The notes under the pieces were generated by a model. It searched no databases and was not told where the DNA came from. It saw only the letters and a list, made by a program, of their open reading frames with translations. The translations under genes and the position numbers were made by a program. From NCBI GenBank assembly GCA_023399275.1, contig JAEWQH010000009.1, positions 2,489 to 66,488 of the forward strand: a DNA stretch of 64,000 bases. The letters run 5' to 3'. Every line of letters starts with the position of its first letter. Positions within the stretch are counted from its first letter, which is position 1. Positions 36,294-46,452 of the stretch are shown here, in pieces. Source of the stretch: Bacillota bacterium (GTDB lineage Bacteria; Bacillota; Clostridia; Christensenellales; CAG-138).

Positions 36294-36324
36294 AGTATAA
36301 CATTGATTAATAGACTAAATCAAT
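36294..36324. promoter_or_regulatory. Divergent promoter/operator region: minus-strand TTGATT-18-TATACT overlapped by the inverted repeat ATTGATT-N9-AATCAAT
   Basis: The inverted repeat at 36302..36324 covers the -35 box and spacer of the aldehyde-DH operon promoter. A plus-strand TTGATT-17-TAAACT (36324..36352) could drive the ROK gene. Confidence 0.45.
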
Positions 36325-36411
36325 TGATTTTTTCACAATTGTTTGATAAACTTGTCGCAGATGTATTTCGCAGAGCGCAGCGGCTCAAAAAACGATCCGG
36401 AGGGCAGAGGG

Positions 36412-37641
36412 ATGAATCACCGTGGCGACAACATGAGCACGGTCAAGCGCTACAACCGCAGCGTGATTCTGCGGCTGCTGCACGAGCACGGGGGCCTGAG
36501 CCGCAAGCGGATCGCGGAGGAGATGTCGCTCACGCCCGCGGCGATCACGATGATCGTCTCCGAGATGATCGGCGAAGGGCTGCTCTCCGAGGGGGCGACG
36601 CTGGAGTCGAGCGGCACCGCCGGGCGCAAGGAGATCATGGTCAACATCAACTTCAAGCGGTTCGCCGCGCTGGGCGTCTCCATCAACCTGCAGGAGGTGC
36701 TGCTCTCCGCAACCTCGCTCGACGGCGCGCTGCTCTTTTCCGAGGCGGTCCCCTGCCGGGCGGAGCTGCCGCTACAGGAAGCGCTGGAGATCGTCGGCGC
36801 GCGCCTGCCGGCGCTGATCGACGCGCACGGGATTGCGCGGGAGTCCATCGTCGGCCTCGGCGTCGGCGTGCGCGGAACGGTGGATGAAAACCGCAGCCGC
36901 AGCATCAACTCCTTCGGCGCGCTGGCGGGAACGGATCTGCCGCTGGCGGAGGCCATCGCGGGAAAGACGGGCTTCTGCACCGCGATGGACAACAACGTGC
37001 GCAGCATGTTCCGCGCGCATATGTTCTTCTCCGGCGAACAGGCCTCAAGCCTCTTTTTCATTCGCTGTGAAAAAGGCATCGGCGGGGCGATCTCGGCGGA
37101 TCACCGCATCCTCAACGGAAACAGCGGCATGTGTTCGGAGTTCGGCCACATGCCCATCGTGGAAAAGGGCGGCAAGCGCTGCCACTGCGGCAAAACGGGC
37201 TGCCTCGAGACCGTCGCCTCGCCGATGGCCATCTGCGAGGACGTCGGCAGCATCTACTCCGCCGAAGGCACGCCGCGCCTCTATGCGCTCACAGGCGGGC
37301 ATCAAAACCGCGTCACTCTGCCGCTGATCATGGATGCGGCGGCGATGGGCGACCTTGCGGTGGACGCCGTCGTGCAAAACGCGGCGAGCAAGCTCTCCAG
37401 CGCGATCAAGGCCGTGGTGTATACCCTTGACCCCGCGCGCGTAGTGCTCTACGGCAGCATCTTCGAGCTGCCGTACTATTACGAAAGTCTGCAGGCACAT
37501 CTGCGCGTAGGCTTCGACCGCGGGGACGGCGAGTATGCGCAAAAGAGCCGCTTCAACCTCCAGCTCGAGGAGAAGGCTTCCTGCGTCACCGCCATCGACG
37601 CATTCTACAAAAACGGCGGCTATCTGCAGTGTGACAAGTAG
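36412..37641 (+). CDS. ROK-family transcriptional regulator
   Basis: ATG at 36412, 7 nt after GGAGGG (an ATG at 36433 is an alternative start). Has an N-terminal wHTH (…NRSVILRLLHEHGGLSRKRIAEEMSL…) and the ROK zinc motif CHCGKTGCLE. Confidence 0.85.
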   Translation: MNHRGDNMSTVKRYNRSVILRLLHEHGGLSRKRIAEEMSLTPAAITMIVSEMIGEGLLSEGATLESSGTAGRKEIMVNINFKRFAALGVSINLQEVLLSATSLDGALLFSEAVPCRAELPLQEALEIVGARLPALIDAHGIARESIVGLGVGVRGTVDENRSRSINSFGALAGTDLPLAEAIAGKTGFCTAMDNNVRSMFRAHMFFSGEQASSLFFIRCEKGIGGAISADHRILNGNSGMCSEFGHMPIVEKGGKRCHCGKTGCLETVASPMAICEDVGSIYSAEGTPRLYALTGGHQNRVTLPLIMDAAAMGDLAVDAVVQNAASKLSSAIKAVVYTLDPARVVLYGSIFELPYYYESLQAHLRVGFDRGDGEYAQKSRFNLQLEEKASCVTAIDAFYKNGGYLQCDK

Positions 37642-37672
37642 CCTGCTTTTCGGCCGAACCAAGACATGGCTA

Positions 37673-37706
37673 CGCCGGCGCAGCAGCTGCGTGCCGGCGG
37701 CTTTTT
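37673..37706 (+). terminator. Terminator after the ROK gene
   Basis: CGCCGGCGCA-GCAGC-TGCG(TG)CCGGCG followed by GCTTTTTA. Confidence 0.6.
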
Positions 37707-37780
37707 ATAGGCAAAATGCGGCCTTTTTCCGCCGGAGGAGCGCTCCATACCAAAAGAAACGGAAGAATTCGACGAATCGA

Positions 37781-37809
37781 GTGACAAACAGCGCATTACC
37801 CGATATAAT
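37781..37809 (+). promoter_or_regulatory. Candidate promoter of the diguanylate cyclase gene
   Basis: GTGACA, 17 nt, TATAAT. Confidence 0.5.
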
Positions 37810-37883
37810 GCCCTCAAGAAAGCGTGTAACAGGCGGCGGATCGGGCCGCGTCTTGCAAGCGACCGACAGAAGGGCGGGATACC

Positions 37884-39854
37884 GTGCAGACGGGTGAATC
37901 CAAGCGTGTTTTCCTGAAGAAGCTCCTGCGTTATTTCGGCTTTCCGCTTGCGGCGGCGGCCTTGATGCTGCTCGTGTTTTTCTTTGCACAGCGCGGGGTG
38001 CTGCGCGAGATCCGCAAGGACACCTACCAGATGCTGCAGGATGCGACGCGCCAACAGTGCATCTCGCTCGAGCAGTATGTCGGGCAGCTGACCACGCGCG
38101 TGACGCTTATCGCCGACTACGACGGCGACACCGGCCCAAACACACTGGTGGAGTCCCTGCGCACGGAGCTGCGCGACAGCGCGGCGGATGTCGAGACAGG
38201 CTATGCCAACCCGGCGGGCGAGCTGCTCTACAGCGATCAAACCGAGAAATACGTAGGCGCGGAGGACTGGTTTTCGCGCAGCTTACGTGGAGAGACGATC
38301 GTGATGGCCGCCTCGCAAAACGAGGACGACGGCCTTGCGGACGTTCGCATCTCCGTGCGCGTAGCAACAAAAAGCGGCGTGCGCGGCGTGCTGTTTGCAA
38401 CGGTCGGAAACAAAAATTTCGCCGCGCTGCTGCAGACGCTCGCCTACGAGGGCGGCGCGGTATCGCTGGTATGCGACTCGGAGGGCAACATCCTCTTTGC
38501 CGAGCAAAAGGAGAGCATCGTCCAACCCGGAACCAGCATCTATGACATCATCAGCGACCGCACGCTGACAAAGGAATACTCTCTGCTGCAGCTGCAGGAC
38601 GCGCTGGGCAGCAACAGCGTCATCCAGTTCCGCTTCCGCTACGAGGGAACGTATTATTACGCCGTCTGCGAGGCGATGGACGTCTGCGACTGGTACACGG
38701 TCTCCATCGTTTCGGCGGATCTGGCGGACACGACCGTGCGGAAGGTCAGCCTCTACCAGGTGGTTATGATCAGCGTCATACTGCTTGTCGGCGTCGCGAT
38801 GGCGGCGCGCGCGTACGAGCACGAGCGCAAGACTGTTCAGACGCTGGAGGCGGATAAGGATCTGCTGCGCCAGAGCGCGCAGCGCTATCAGCTGATCACG
38901 CAGCTTTCCAACGAGGTGTTCTTCCATATCATTCTGGAGACAGGCGAAATCTCGTTTAACGACAGCTTCGAGGCGATGTTTGGCTTTCCGCCTCCGATAT
39001 GCACGGTGCATAACCTCGACCAATGCACCAATATGTTCTTCGAACCGGATCGGAAGCAGTTTATGAATCTGATCGAAAAGCTGCGCGCGGGCGAGCCGAA
39101 GGCGAGCGCGGAGCTGCGCATGGTCAACGCGCGCGGCGCCTTCCGCTGGAAGCGCGTAGAGGTGTTCTCCGTATTTGACAAGAGCATGCAGGCGGTACAG
39201 CTCGTCGGCAAGATCGCCGACATCCACCGCCAGAAGCAGTCCCTGCAGCACCTGATCCGCCAGGCGGACAGCGAGCCGCTGACGGGGCTGCTCAACCGCG
39301 CGGCGTTCGAGCGCAATGTGAAGGGGTTTCTCTCCGGCGAAGGATTCGGCGGCAGCCACGCGCTGCTGATGCTGGACTTCGACAATTTCAAGGCCGTCAA
39401 CGACACGCTCGGCCACGCAAAGGGAGACCGGCTGCTCATCTCGTTTGCCGGCGGCATGCAGCGGCTGTTCCGCTCGGGAGACTACCTCACCCGCATCGGC
39501 GGAGACGAGTTCATGGTGTTCATCAAAAACACCGGCGAGGACGCCATCGCGCTGGATAAGGCGGAGGCGCTGCGCGAAGAGATGGCGGGCCTGAGCCGCA
39601 AGATCGGCGTCGCGGTGTACATCAGCGTCGGCATCGCGATTTACAATCGCGACGGCGAGACGTTTGAAAAGCTCTATCAGGCGGCGGACGAAGCGCTCTA
39701 TCATGTCAAGCGCACCGGCAAGAACGCAATCTCATTCTTCTCCGTACCGGTCGATCCCGCGCTACGAAACCGGCTAGCGACGCAGGCGGACGACGCAAAC
39801 GAGCTCTGCGATATCGGCGGCATGTGCGCGGACGGGGACGATTACGAAATCTAA
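37884..39854 (+). CDS. Membrane sensor diguanylate cyclase (TM-Cache-like-TM-PAS-GGDEF)
   Basis: 656 aa, GTG start. Two TM segments flank a periplasmic sensor region, followed by a PAS-like segment and a GGDEF domain with intact RIGGDEFMVF. Confidence 0.85.
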   Translation: MQTGESKRVFLKKLLRYFGFPLAAAALMLLVFFFAQRGVLREIRKDTYQMLQDATRQQCISLEQYVGQLTTRVTLIADYDGDTGPNTLVESLRTELRDSAADVETGYANPAGELLYSDQTEKYVGAEDWFSRSLRGETIVMAASQNEDDGLADVRISVRVATKSGVRGVLFATVGNKNFAALLQTLAYEGGAVSLVCDSEGNILFAEQKESIVQPGTSIYDIISDRTLTKEYSLLQLQDALGSNSVIQFRFRYEGTYYYAVCEAMDVCDWYTVSIVSADLADTTVRKVSLYQVVMISVILLVGVAMAARAYEHERKTVQTLEADKDLLRQSAQRYQLITQLSNEVFFHIILETGEISFNDSFEAMFGFPPPICTVHNLDQCTNMFFEPDRKQFMNLIEKLRAGEPKASAELRMVNARGAFRWKRVEVFSVFDKSMQAVQLVGKIADIHRQKQSLQHLIRQADSEPLTGLLNRAAFERNVKGFLSGEGFGGSHALLMLDFDNFKAVNDTLGHAKGDRLLISFAGGMQRLFRSGDYLTRIGGDEFMVFIKNTGEDAIALDKAEALREEMAGLSRKIGVAVYISVGIAIYNRDGETFEKLYQAADEALYHVKRTGKNAISFFSVPVDPALRNRLATQADDANELCDIGGMCADGDDYEI

Positions 39855-39872
39855 AGCAGGGAGGGTAAAACT

Positions 39873-40352
39873 ACGGCAGACCCAAATGACGGCGCACAGG
39901 CGCAGGTAAAGCTCTCGAAAAGGCAAAACGTTTTTCAAGGCCTGAAATTTCTTCTCTTTTCCTGTTCGGCGGGGCTGATCCAGGCCGGGTCGTTCGCGCT
40001 GCTCAACGAGACGATCCGCTGGGATTACTGGCCGAGCTATCTCATCGCGCTGACGCTTTCGGTGGTGTTCAACTTCACGGTCAACCGCAAGTTCACCTTC
40101 AAGTCCGCCAAGAACGTGCCGCTGGCCATGGCGCAGGTCATCGCCTACTACCTCGTGTTTACGCCGCTCTCCACCTGGTGGGGCGAGGCCCTCACGCGGG
40201 CCGGGTGGAACGAGTACATCGTGCTTCTGGGCACCATGGCGATCAATCTCATCACCGAGTTTTCCTTCTACCGCTTCGTGGTCTATCGAAACCACATGTT
40301 TACCAACAAAGCCGGGCAGGCGGAGCTGGCAAAACAGCAGACCGAGGAATAG
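39873..40352 (+). CDS. GtrA-family membrane protein; start codon unresolved
   Basis: The track gives only 40062..40352 (GTG start). The same frame is open back to the TAA at 39852 and encodes GtrA-like TM1/TM2 (…FLLFSCSAGLIQAGSFALL…YLIALTLSVVFNFTVNRKFTF). GGGAGGG at 39859..39865 is 7 nt before an ACG codon at 39873. There is no ATG/GTG/TTG in frame before 40062. Confidence 0.5.
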   Translation, partial: TADPNDGAQAQVKLSKRQNVFQGLKFLLFSCSAGLIQAGSFALLNETIRWDYWPSYLIALTLSVVFNFTVNRKFTFKSAKNVPLAMAQVIAYYLVFTPLSTWWGEALTRAGWNEYIVLLGTMAINLITEFSFYRFVVYRNHMFTNKAGQAELAKQQTEE

Positions 40353-40362
40353 GCACAGCAAC

Positions 40363-40400
40363 AAAAAAGGCCCCGAACCGCGAGGAACGGGTGCCTTTTG
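40363..40400. terminator. Bidirectional terminator between gtrA-like and yitT-like genes
   Basis: AAAAAAGGCCCCG-loop-CGGGTGCCTTTTG. Confidence 0.65.
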
Positions 40401-40439
40401 TCTTACCCAAGCATCGAATGCAGGCCGGCCGCCCCGCCC

Positions 40440-41294
40440 CTATTCCATCGGCTTAAATCCTTCGCCGTGCACCTCCGTCGCGTCGGTGACGAAGATGAAC
40501 GCCTGCTTGTCGATCTGCTTGATCGACTTGAGCGTCTGCGAAAAGGAGTTACGCCGCACGACGAGCATCAGCACGTTCTTATCCCGCCGCGTGTAGCCGC
40601 CGCGCCCTTGCAGCACGGTCACCCCGCGGCCGAGTTCTCCGGCGAGCAGAGAGAGGATGTCCTCGCCCCGCTCGGTGACGATATAGATCACTTTGGCGTG
40701 GTCGACGCCCTGCATGATGGCGTCGATCGTGCGCGTGGTGACGAAGATGGTCACGATGGAGTAGAGCGCAACCTCGATGTTGCGAAACACAAACACGGCA
40801 AACACGACCACCGTCGCGTCCACAACGAGCAGCAGCGAGCCGACGGAGAAATTCGGAAACACGCGGTTGAGCAGCAGACTGATCAGATCCGTTCCGCCCG
40901 TGGTCGCCCCTCGCACGAAGATGACGCCCATACCGATGCCGCAGAGTACCCCGCCGAGTACGGACGCCAGCAGGATGTTGTTGCCATACGGCAGCAGAAT
41001 CCGCGAAAACAGCTCGATGAAGCCCGAGAGCAGCAGCGTGGTGACGATGGTCTTCGTCAACGGGCGAAACCCGAGCTTCCACCACGCGAGGATGATCAGC
41101 GGGATGTTGAGCAGCAGCGTCCATGCGCCGACCGACACGGGCAGGAGAAACGCCAGCGCGGTTGCAAGGCCGGAGACGCCGCCGGGCGCGATATCGTTCG
41201 GGATGGTGAAGATCACCAGCCCCGCCGCGACGAGCGCGCTGCCGAAAACGAACGCGACGACGTCGAGTATCCAGCTTCGTACGGTTTGTTTCAT
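40440..41294 (-). CDS. YitT-family membrane protein (with DUF2179 C-terminal domain)
   Basis: 284 aa. …FTIPNDIAPGGVSGLA… is typical of the YitT family; the C-terminal soluble domain ends …EVHGEGF. Confidence 0.8.
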   Translation of the reverse strand: MKQTVRSWILDVVAFVFGSALVAAGLVIFTIPNDIAPGGVSGLATALAFLLPVSVGAWTLLLNIPLIILAWWKLGFRPLTKTIVTTLLLSGFIELFSRILLPYGNNILLASVLGGVLCGIGMGVIFVRGATTGGTDLISLLLNRVFPNFSVGSLLLVVDATVVVFAVFVFRNIEVALYSIVTIFVTTRTIDAIMQGVDHAKVIYIVTERGEDILSLLAGELGRGVTVLQGRGGYTRRDKNVLMLVVRRNSFSQTLKSIKQIDKQAFIFVTDATEVHGEGFKPME

Positions 41295-41364
41295 AGTGTT
41301 TTGTCCTTTTTTTGTGCCGCAAAGCCGCCCGGAGCAGATCCGGGCCGCGGCCGCCCGCGCCAGC

Positions 41365-42486
41365 TTACGGGTTCAGGCCCTTGAGCGCGTCCACGGTGAA
41401 TACGCCGTCCTTGCGGATGAGCTTGCCGTCAAACCAGATCTCGCCGCCGCCGAACGCCGCCGTCTGGATGCAGACGATGTCCAGGTGCAGCTGCGATTTG
41501 TTGCCATTGAACGCGTCGGCATAGGCGCAGCCGGGCGTGAGATGGAACGAACCGCCGATCTTCTCGTCGTACAGCGTGTTGCCGATGGACTTCGTAACCG
41601 CGTTGTTCACGCCGATGGCAAACTCACCAAGATAGCGCGCGCCCTCGTCGGCATCGAGCATCTCATTGAAGCCCGCGGCGTCGCCATCGCAGGAAGCTTC
41701 CTCAATGCGCCCGTTTTGAAAGACGAGGCGCGGATTGTCAAAGCGCTTGCCGTAGCGCATGGCGGGGGTGTTGTACTGCACCACACCGTTGGCGCTGTCC
41801 CGCACGGGCGCGGTGTAGACCTCGCCGTCCGGAATATTCAGCTCACCGTTGCAGGGAACGACGGGAATGCCTTTGATGGAGAAAGTCAGGTCGGTGCCGG
41901 GGCCTTTGATGTGCACCATGTCGGTCTTCTGCATCAGCTCGACCAGCGGCTCCATGTCGCGGCCCATCTGCTCGTAATCCACCAGCGCGGCGGAGAGAAA
42001 GAACTCGTAGAAGTCGTCGTAGCACATGCCGGCCTTCTGCGCATCCGCCTTGGTGGGCCAGTGGAGATAGACCCAGCGGCGCTCGTCGATGATCTTGTCG
42101 CGCAGCGGGCGGCGGATGTTGCGATAGAAGGTCATGGCGGTGGTGTTCACAGCGGAGAGCTCCGCATCGTTTTCGTCCACGCCGATATCCACATGCGCAA
42201 CGAGATGATCCCAGTATTTCGTTTCCCATTCCAGCTGCGCCTCGACGGCAGGGCGGGCAGCCTCCGGATCCTTTGGGTCGATAAAGCCGAAGAACAGGCG
42301 GCTGAGCTCGTCGTCCGAAAGCTTCACAAACGGCACGGCACCGATAGCGTGCGCACGCTTGAGCAAGGATTTGATGAGGGGCTTCGCCGGAATGCCGCCA
42401 TTGATCTCAAAAAGCTCGCCTTTTTGGAGCTTGAGGGAATAGTTCAGGAGCAGATCGGCTAAGCGATCGAGCCGTTCATCACGCAT
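41365..42486 (-). CDS. M29-family aminopeptidase (AmpS/PepS-like)
   Basis: 373 aa. MRDERLDRLADLLLNYSLKLQKGE… N-terminus, and the C-terminal …HLDIV… region characteristic of thermophilic-metalloprotease M29. AAGGAGG RBS. Confidence 0.8.
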   Translation of the reverse strand: MRDERLDRLADLLLNYSLKLQKGELFEINGGIPAKPLIKSLLKRAHAIGAVPFVKLSDDELSRLFFGFIDPKDPEAARPAVEAQLEWETKYWDHLVAHVDIGVDENDAELSAVNTTAMTFYRNIRRPLRDKIIDERRWVYLHWPTKADAQKAGMCYDDFYEFFLSAALVDYEQMGRDMEPLVELMQKTDMVHIKGPGTDLTFSIKGIPVVPCNGELNIPDGEVYTAPVRDSANGVVQYNTPAMRYGKRFDNPRLVFQNGRIEEASCDGDAAGFNEMLDADEGARYLGEFAIGVNNAVTKSIGNTLYDEKIGGSFHLTPGCAYADAFNGNKSQLHLDIVCIQTAAFGGGEIWFDGKLIRKDGVFTVDALKGLNP

Positions 42487-42560
42487 ACTGGTTCCTCCTT
42501 ATGCACATTACGCTCTATTCTATAGTAAAAACTGCCGAACTTCAACACCCCAAAGCTGTA

Positions 42561-42590
42561 TAAAAAGAGCGAAGGCAAAAAACCTTCGCT
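42561..42590 (-). terminator. Rho-independent terminator after the yugP-like gene
   Basis: Minus strand reads AGCGAAGG-TTTTTT-GCCTTCGCT followed by CTTTTTA. Confidence 0.75.
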
Positions 42591-42634
42591 GAATTACGAT
42601 CCGTTTGCTCGGCCGCGGCAGATGTAAACCGCCG

Positions 42635-43333
42635 CTAGTTCCTGCGCGAGCGGTTCGCCATCGCCAGCAGGCGCAGAAAGCTCACCAGCGACGCCACCGC
42701 CGCCCAGACGTAGGTCATCGCGGCGGCGTTGAGCACCTTCTTCGCGCCGTCGCTCTCTTCATAGGTGATATAGTTGCCCTCCTCAAGCATGCGCAGCGCG
42801 CGGGAGGATGCGTTGAACTCCACCGGCAGCGTGACCACCTGAAACACCAGCATAGCGCCGAAGAGCACCACGCCGGCCATGGCGAGGTTGAAGCTGCCCA
42901 TCATCAGCCCGAGGATCACGATCCAGGGCGCCGCATAGGAGCCGATGGACGCCACGGGCAGAATCGCGTTTCGCAGGCGGATCGGCGCGTAGCCCTCCTG
43001 ATACTGCAGCACGTGGCCGATCTCGTGCGCAGCAACCGCTACCGCGGCGACACTGCTCTGCCCATAGACCTGCTGACTCAAGCCCACCACGCCGTTCTTC
43101 GGGTCGAAGTGGTCGGTCAGCGAGCCCTGCACGGCAGTGATCTGCACGGGGCTGTTGGCGCGATCGAGCAGCTGCTGGGCGATCTGCTCCGCGCGCAGGC
43201 CAGAAGCGATCGGCGTCTGCGCAAATTGGTTAAACGTGCGCTGCACCTTGCTCTGGGCAAAGAGGCTGATGCCCATGACCACGAGCAGCAGCAGGATATA
43301 GATGCCGTCGCCCGATCCATAGCCGTAATACAT
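42635..43333 (-). CDS. YugP-type putative neutral zinc metallopeptidase (membrane)
   Basis: 232 aa. N-terminal TM, HEIGHVLQ zinc motif, C-terminal TMs. Confidence 0.8.
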   Translation of the reverse strand: MYYGYGSGDGIYILLLLVVMGISLFAQSKVQRTFNQFAQTPIASGLRAEQIAQQLLDRANSPVQITAVQGSLTDHFDPKNGVVGLSQQVYGQSSVAAVAVAAHEIGHVLQYQEGYAPIRLRNAILPVASIGSYAAPWIVILGLMMGSFNLAMAGVVLFGAMLVFQVVTLPVEFNASSRALRMLEEGNYITYEESDGAKKVLNAAAMTYVWAAVASLVSFLRLLAMANRSRRN

Positions 43334-43570
43334 AGCGGTTCCCCTCCAAAGATACTGTTATGAGTATATCATATCCGGCGGCGGGCGGGGGCAGAGTTCA
43401 AGATCGTTTGCATTTTGACCAAAATTACATCAAAATGGGTCGGAATCCGGCGGCCAAACACGCCGCAAACAACCGGACAGCGAAGAAAAGGGCTTTTCTA
43501 GGCTGCAAAGTGTGGTATACTATCCCTTAACCCCAATCCCCAAATTTCGAGTATGGAGAGGTGTTTTTAT

Positions 43571-44950
<1,380 letters not shown>

Positions 44951-44977
44951 GCAAAAGCGATCGGGTTTTTGAGTTGG

Positions 44978-45027
44978 AATCATCGAGGCTTCGTCCGCTC
45001 CGGGACGGCCTCGATGATTTCTTTATT
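44978..45027. terminator. Terminator hairpin between asnS and the convergent ADH gene
   Basis: AATCATCGAGGC…GCCTCGATGATT (12-bp stem) followed by TCTTTATT. Confidence 0.65.
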
Positions 45028-45071
45028 CGCATCCGGGTTCGGTCTGTCGCGCCGCAGCGCTCTCCCGCACG

Positions 45072-46253
45072 CTAGATCGCGCGTTCGTAGATCGCTCTGG
45101 CATCCGCTTCGAAGATTTTCGTCAACCCGCCGACGGGGCGTTCTTCCCCATCCGGCCCATGGGTGACCGTGCGCGCCATATCCGCAATCTGCGCCGGGTC
45201 GACGCCGAGCTTGATCAGCCGGCTCGGCAGCCCCATGCGCGAATAAAACGTCTCGAGCGCAGAGATGCCGCTTTCGATGGTGGCGGCGACGGCCATCGGC
45301 TGGTCCTCCTCCCCCATGACGCGCACGGCAAACGCATAAAATCGAGCGGGATTCACGCGCCAGACATGACGCATCCACGCAGGGGTCAGAACCGCCAGCC
45401 CTGCGCCGTGGGTCACGCCGAAACGCGCGGTCAGCTCGTGGTCGAGCTTGTGGCAGGCCCAGTCCTGCTCCCGCCCCACGCCGAGCATGTTGTTGTGCGC
45501 AATGGTACCACAGAGCGCAACCTGACACCACGCGTCGTAGTCTGCCGGGTTTGCGACCACCTTTTCGCCGAACGCGAGCAGCGTGCGCAGCGTCGCCTCG
45601 CTCAGCGCATCGGAGAGTTCGGTGTGCTCCGTATTGGAAAAATACCGCTCGAAGATGTGGCTCATCATATCCGCAACGCCGGATGCGATCTGAAACCTTG
45701 GTATGGTTTCAAACAGCGTCGGGTCGATGACGGAGAGCAGCGGGCGGTTCCACTCGCGATTGTAGCCGCATTTCTTTTGCGTTTGATAGTTGCTCAGCAC
45801 CGTGCTGTTGCTCGCCTCGCTGCCTGCTGCGGGAAACGTGAGCACGCACGCCACGGGATATGCGCCCGCGGTCTCGAGGTTTTTTTCGTATATGTCCCAG
45901 ATATCCAGGTCGGGGTTCTTCAGCCCCAGCGCAATGCCCTTGCCGGAGTCGATGACCGACCCGCCGCCGACGCAGAGTACAAGCTCCACCCCTTCGCGCC
46001 GGCAGAGCGCGATGCCCTCACGCACCAACTCGACATCGGGATTTGGAATCACGCCGCCGAGGGAAACGAATGCGACGCCGGCGGCTGTGAGGGAATCCGT
46101 CACACGCCGGAGCAGGCCATTTTTCACCACGCGGTCGCTGCCATAGTGCACAAGCACCTTCTTCGCCAGCGGGGCGATGTGGGCGCCGATCTGATCCGCC
46201 GTACCCTTACCGAAGATCAGGCGCGTCGGGCTGTAAAACTCAAAATTCAGCAT
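45072..46253 (-). CDS. Iron-containing (group III) alcohol dehydrogenase, butanol-DH/YqhD-like
   Basis: 393 aa. MLNFEFYSPTRLIFGKG… N-terminus, GGGSVIDSGK NAD(P)-binding motif and a His-rich metal site. Confidence 0.85.
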   Translation of the reverse strand: MLNFEFYSPTRLIFGKGTADQIGAHIAPLAKKVLVHYGSDRVVKNGLLRRVTDSLTAAGVAFVSLGGVIPNPDVELVREGIALCRREGVELVLCVGGGSVIDSGKGIALGLKNPDLDIWDIYEKNLETAGAYPVACVLTFPAAGSEASNSTVLSNYQTQKKCGYNREWNRPLLSVIDPTLFETIPRFQIASGVADMMSHIFERYFSNTEHTELSDALSEATLRTLLAFGEKVVANPADYDAWCQVALCGTIAHNNMLGVGREQDWACHKLDHELTARFGVTHGAGLAVLTPAWMRHVWRVNPARFYAFAVRVMGEEDQPMAVAATIESGISALETFYSRMGLPSRLIKLGVDPAQIADMARTVTHGPDGEERPVGGLTKIFEADARAIYERAI

Positions 46254-46387
46254 CGTATGATTTTGCTCCTATATCGCTCTGTTTGAAAAAAGCGCCGCCG
46301 GAATGCCCGCCGGCGCAGTTTGCGCCTTTATTATATCAGCCCCGCACCGAAAGAACCAGAGATTCCGGCGAGGCATTTGTGGAGTTG

Positions 46388-46416
46388 TTGCAAACGATTT
46401 TTGTTATTGTTATACT
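46388..46416 (+). promoter_or_regulatory. Candidate promoter
   Basis: TTGCAA, 17 nt, TATACT, upstream of the 46453 gene. Confidence 0.5.
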
Positions 46417-46452
46417 ATAAACGATTACTAGTTTGAATCGTGGAGGTAATAT

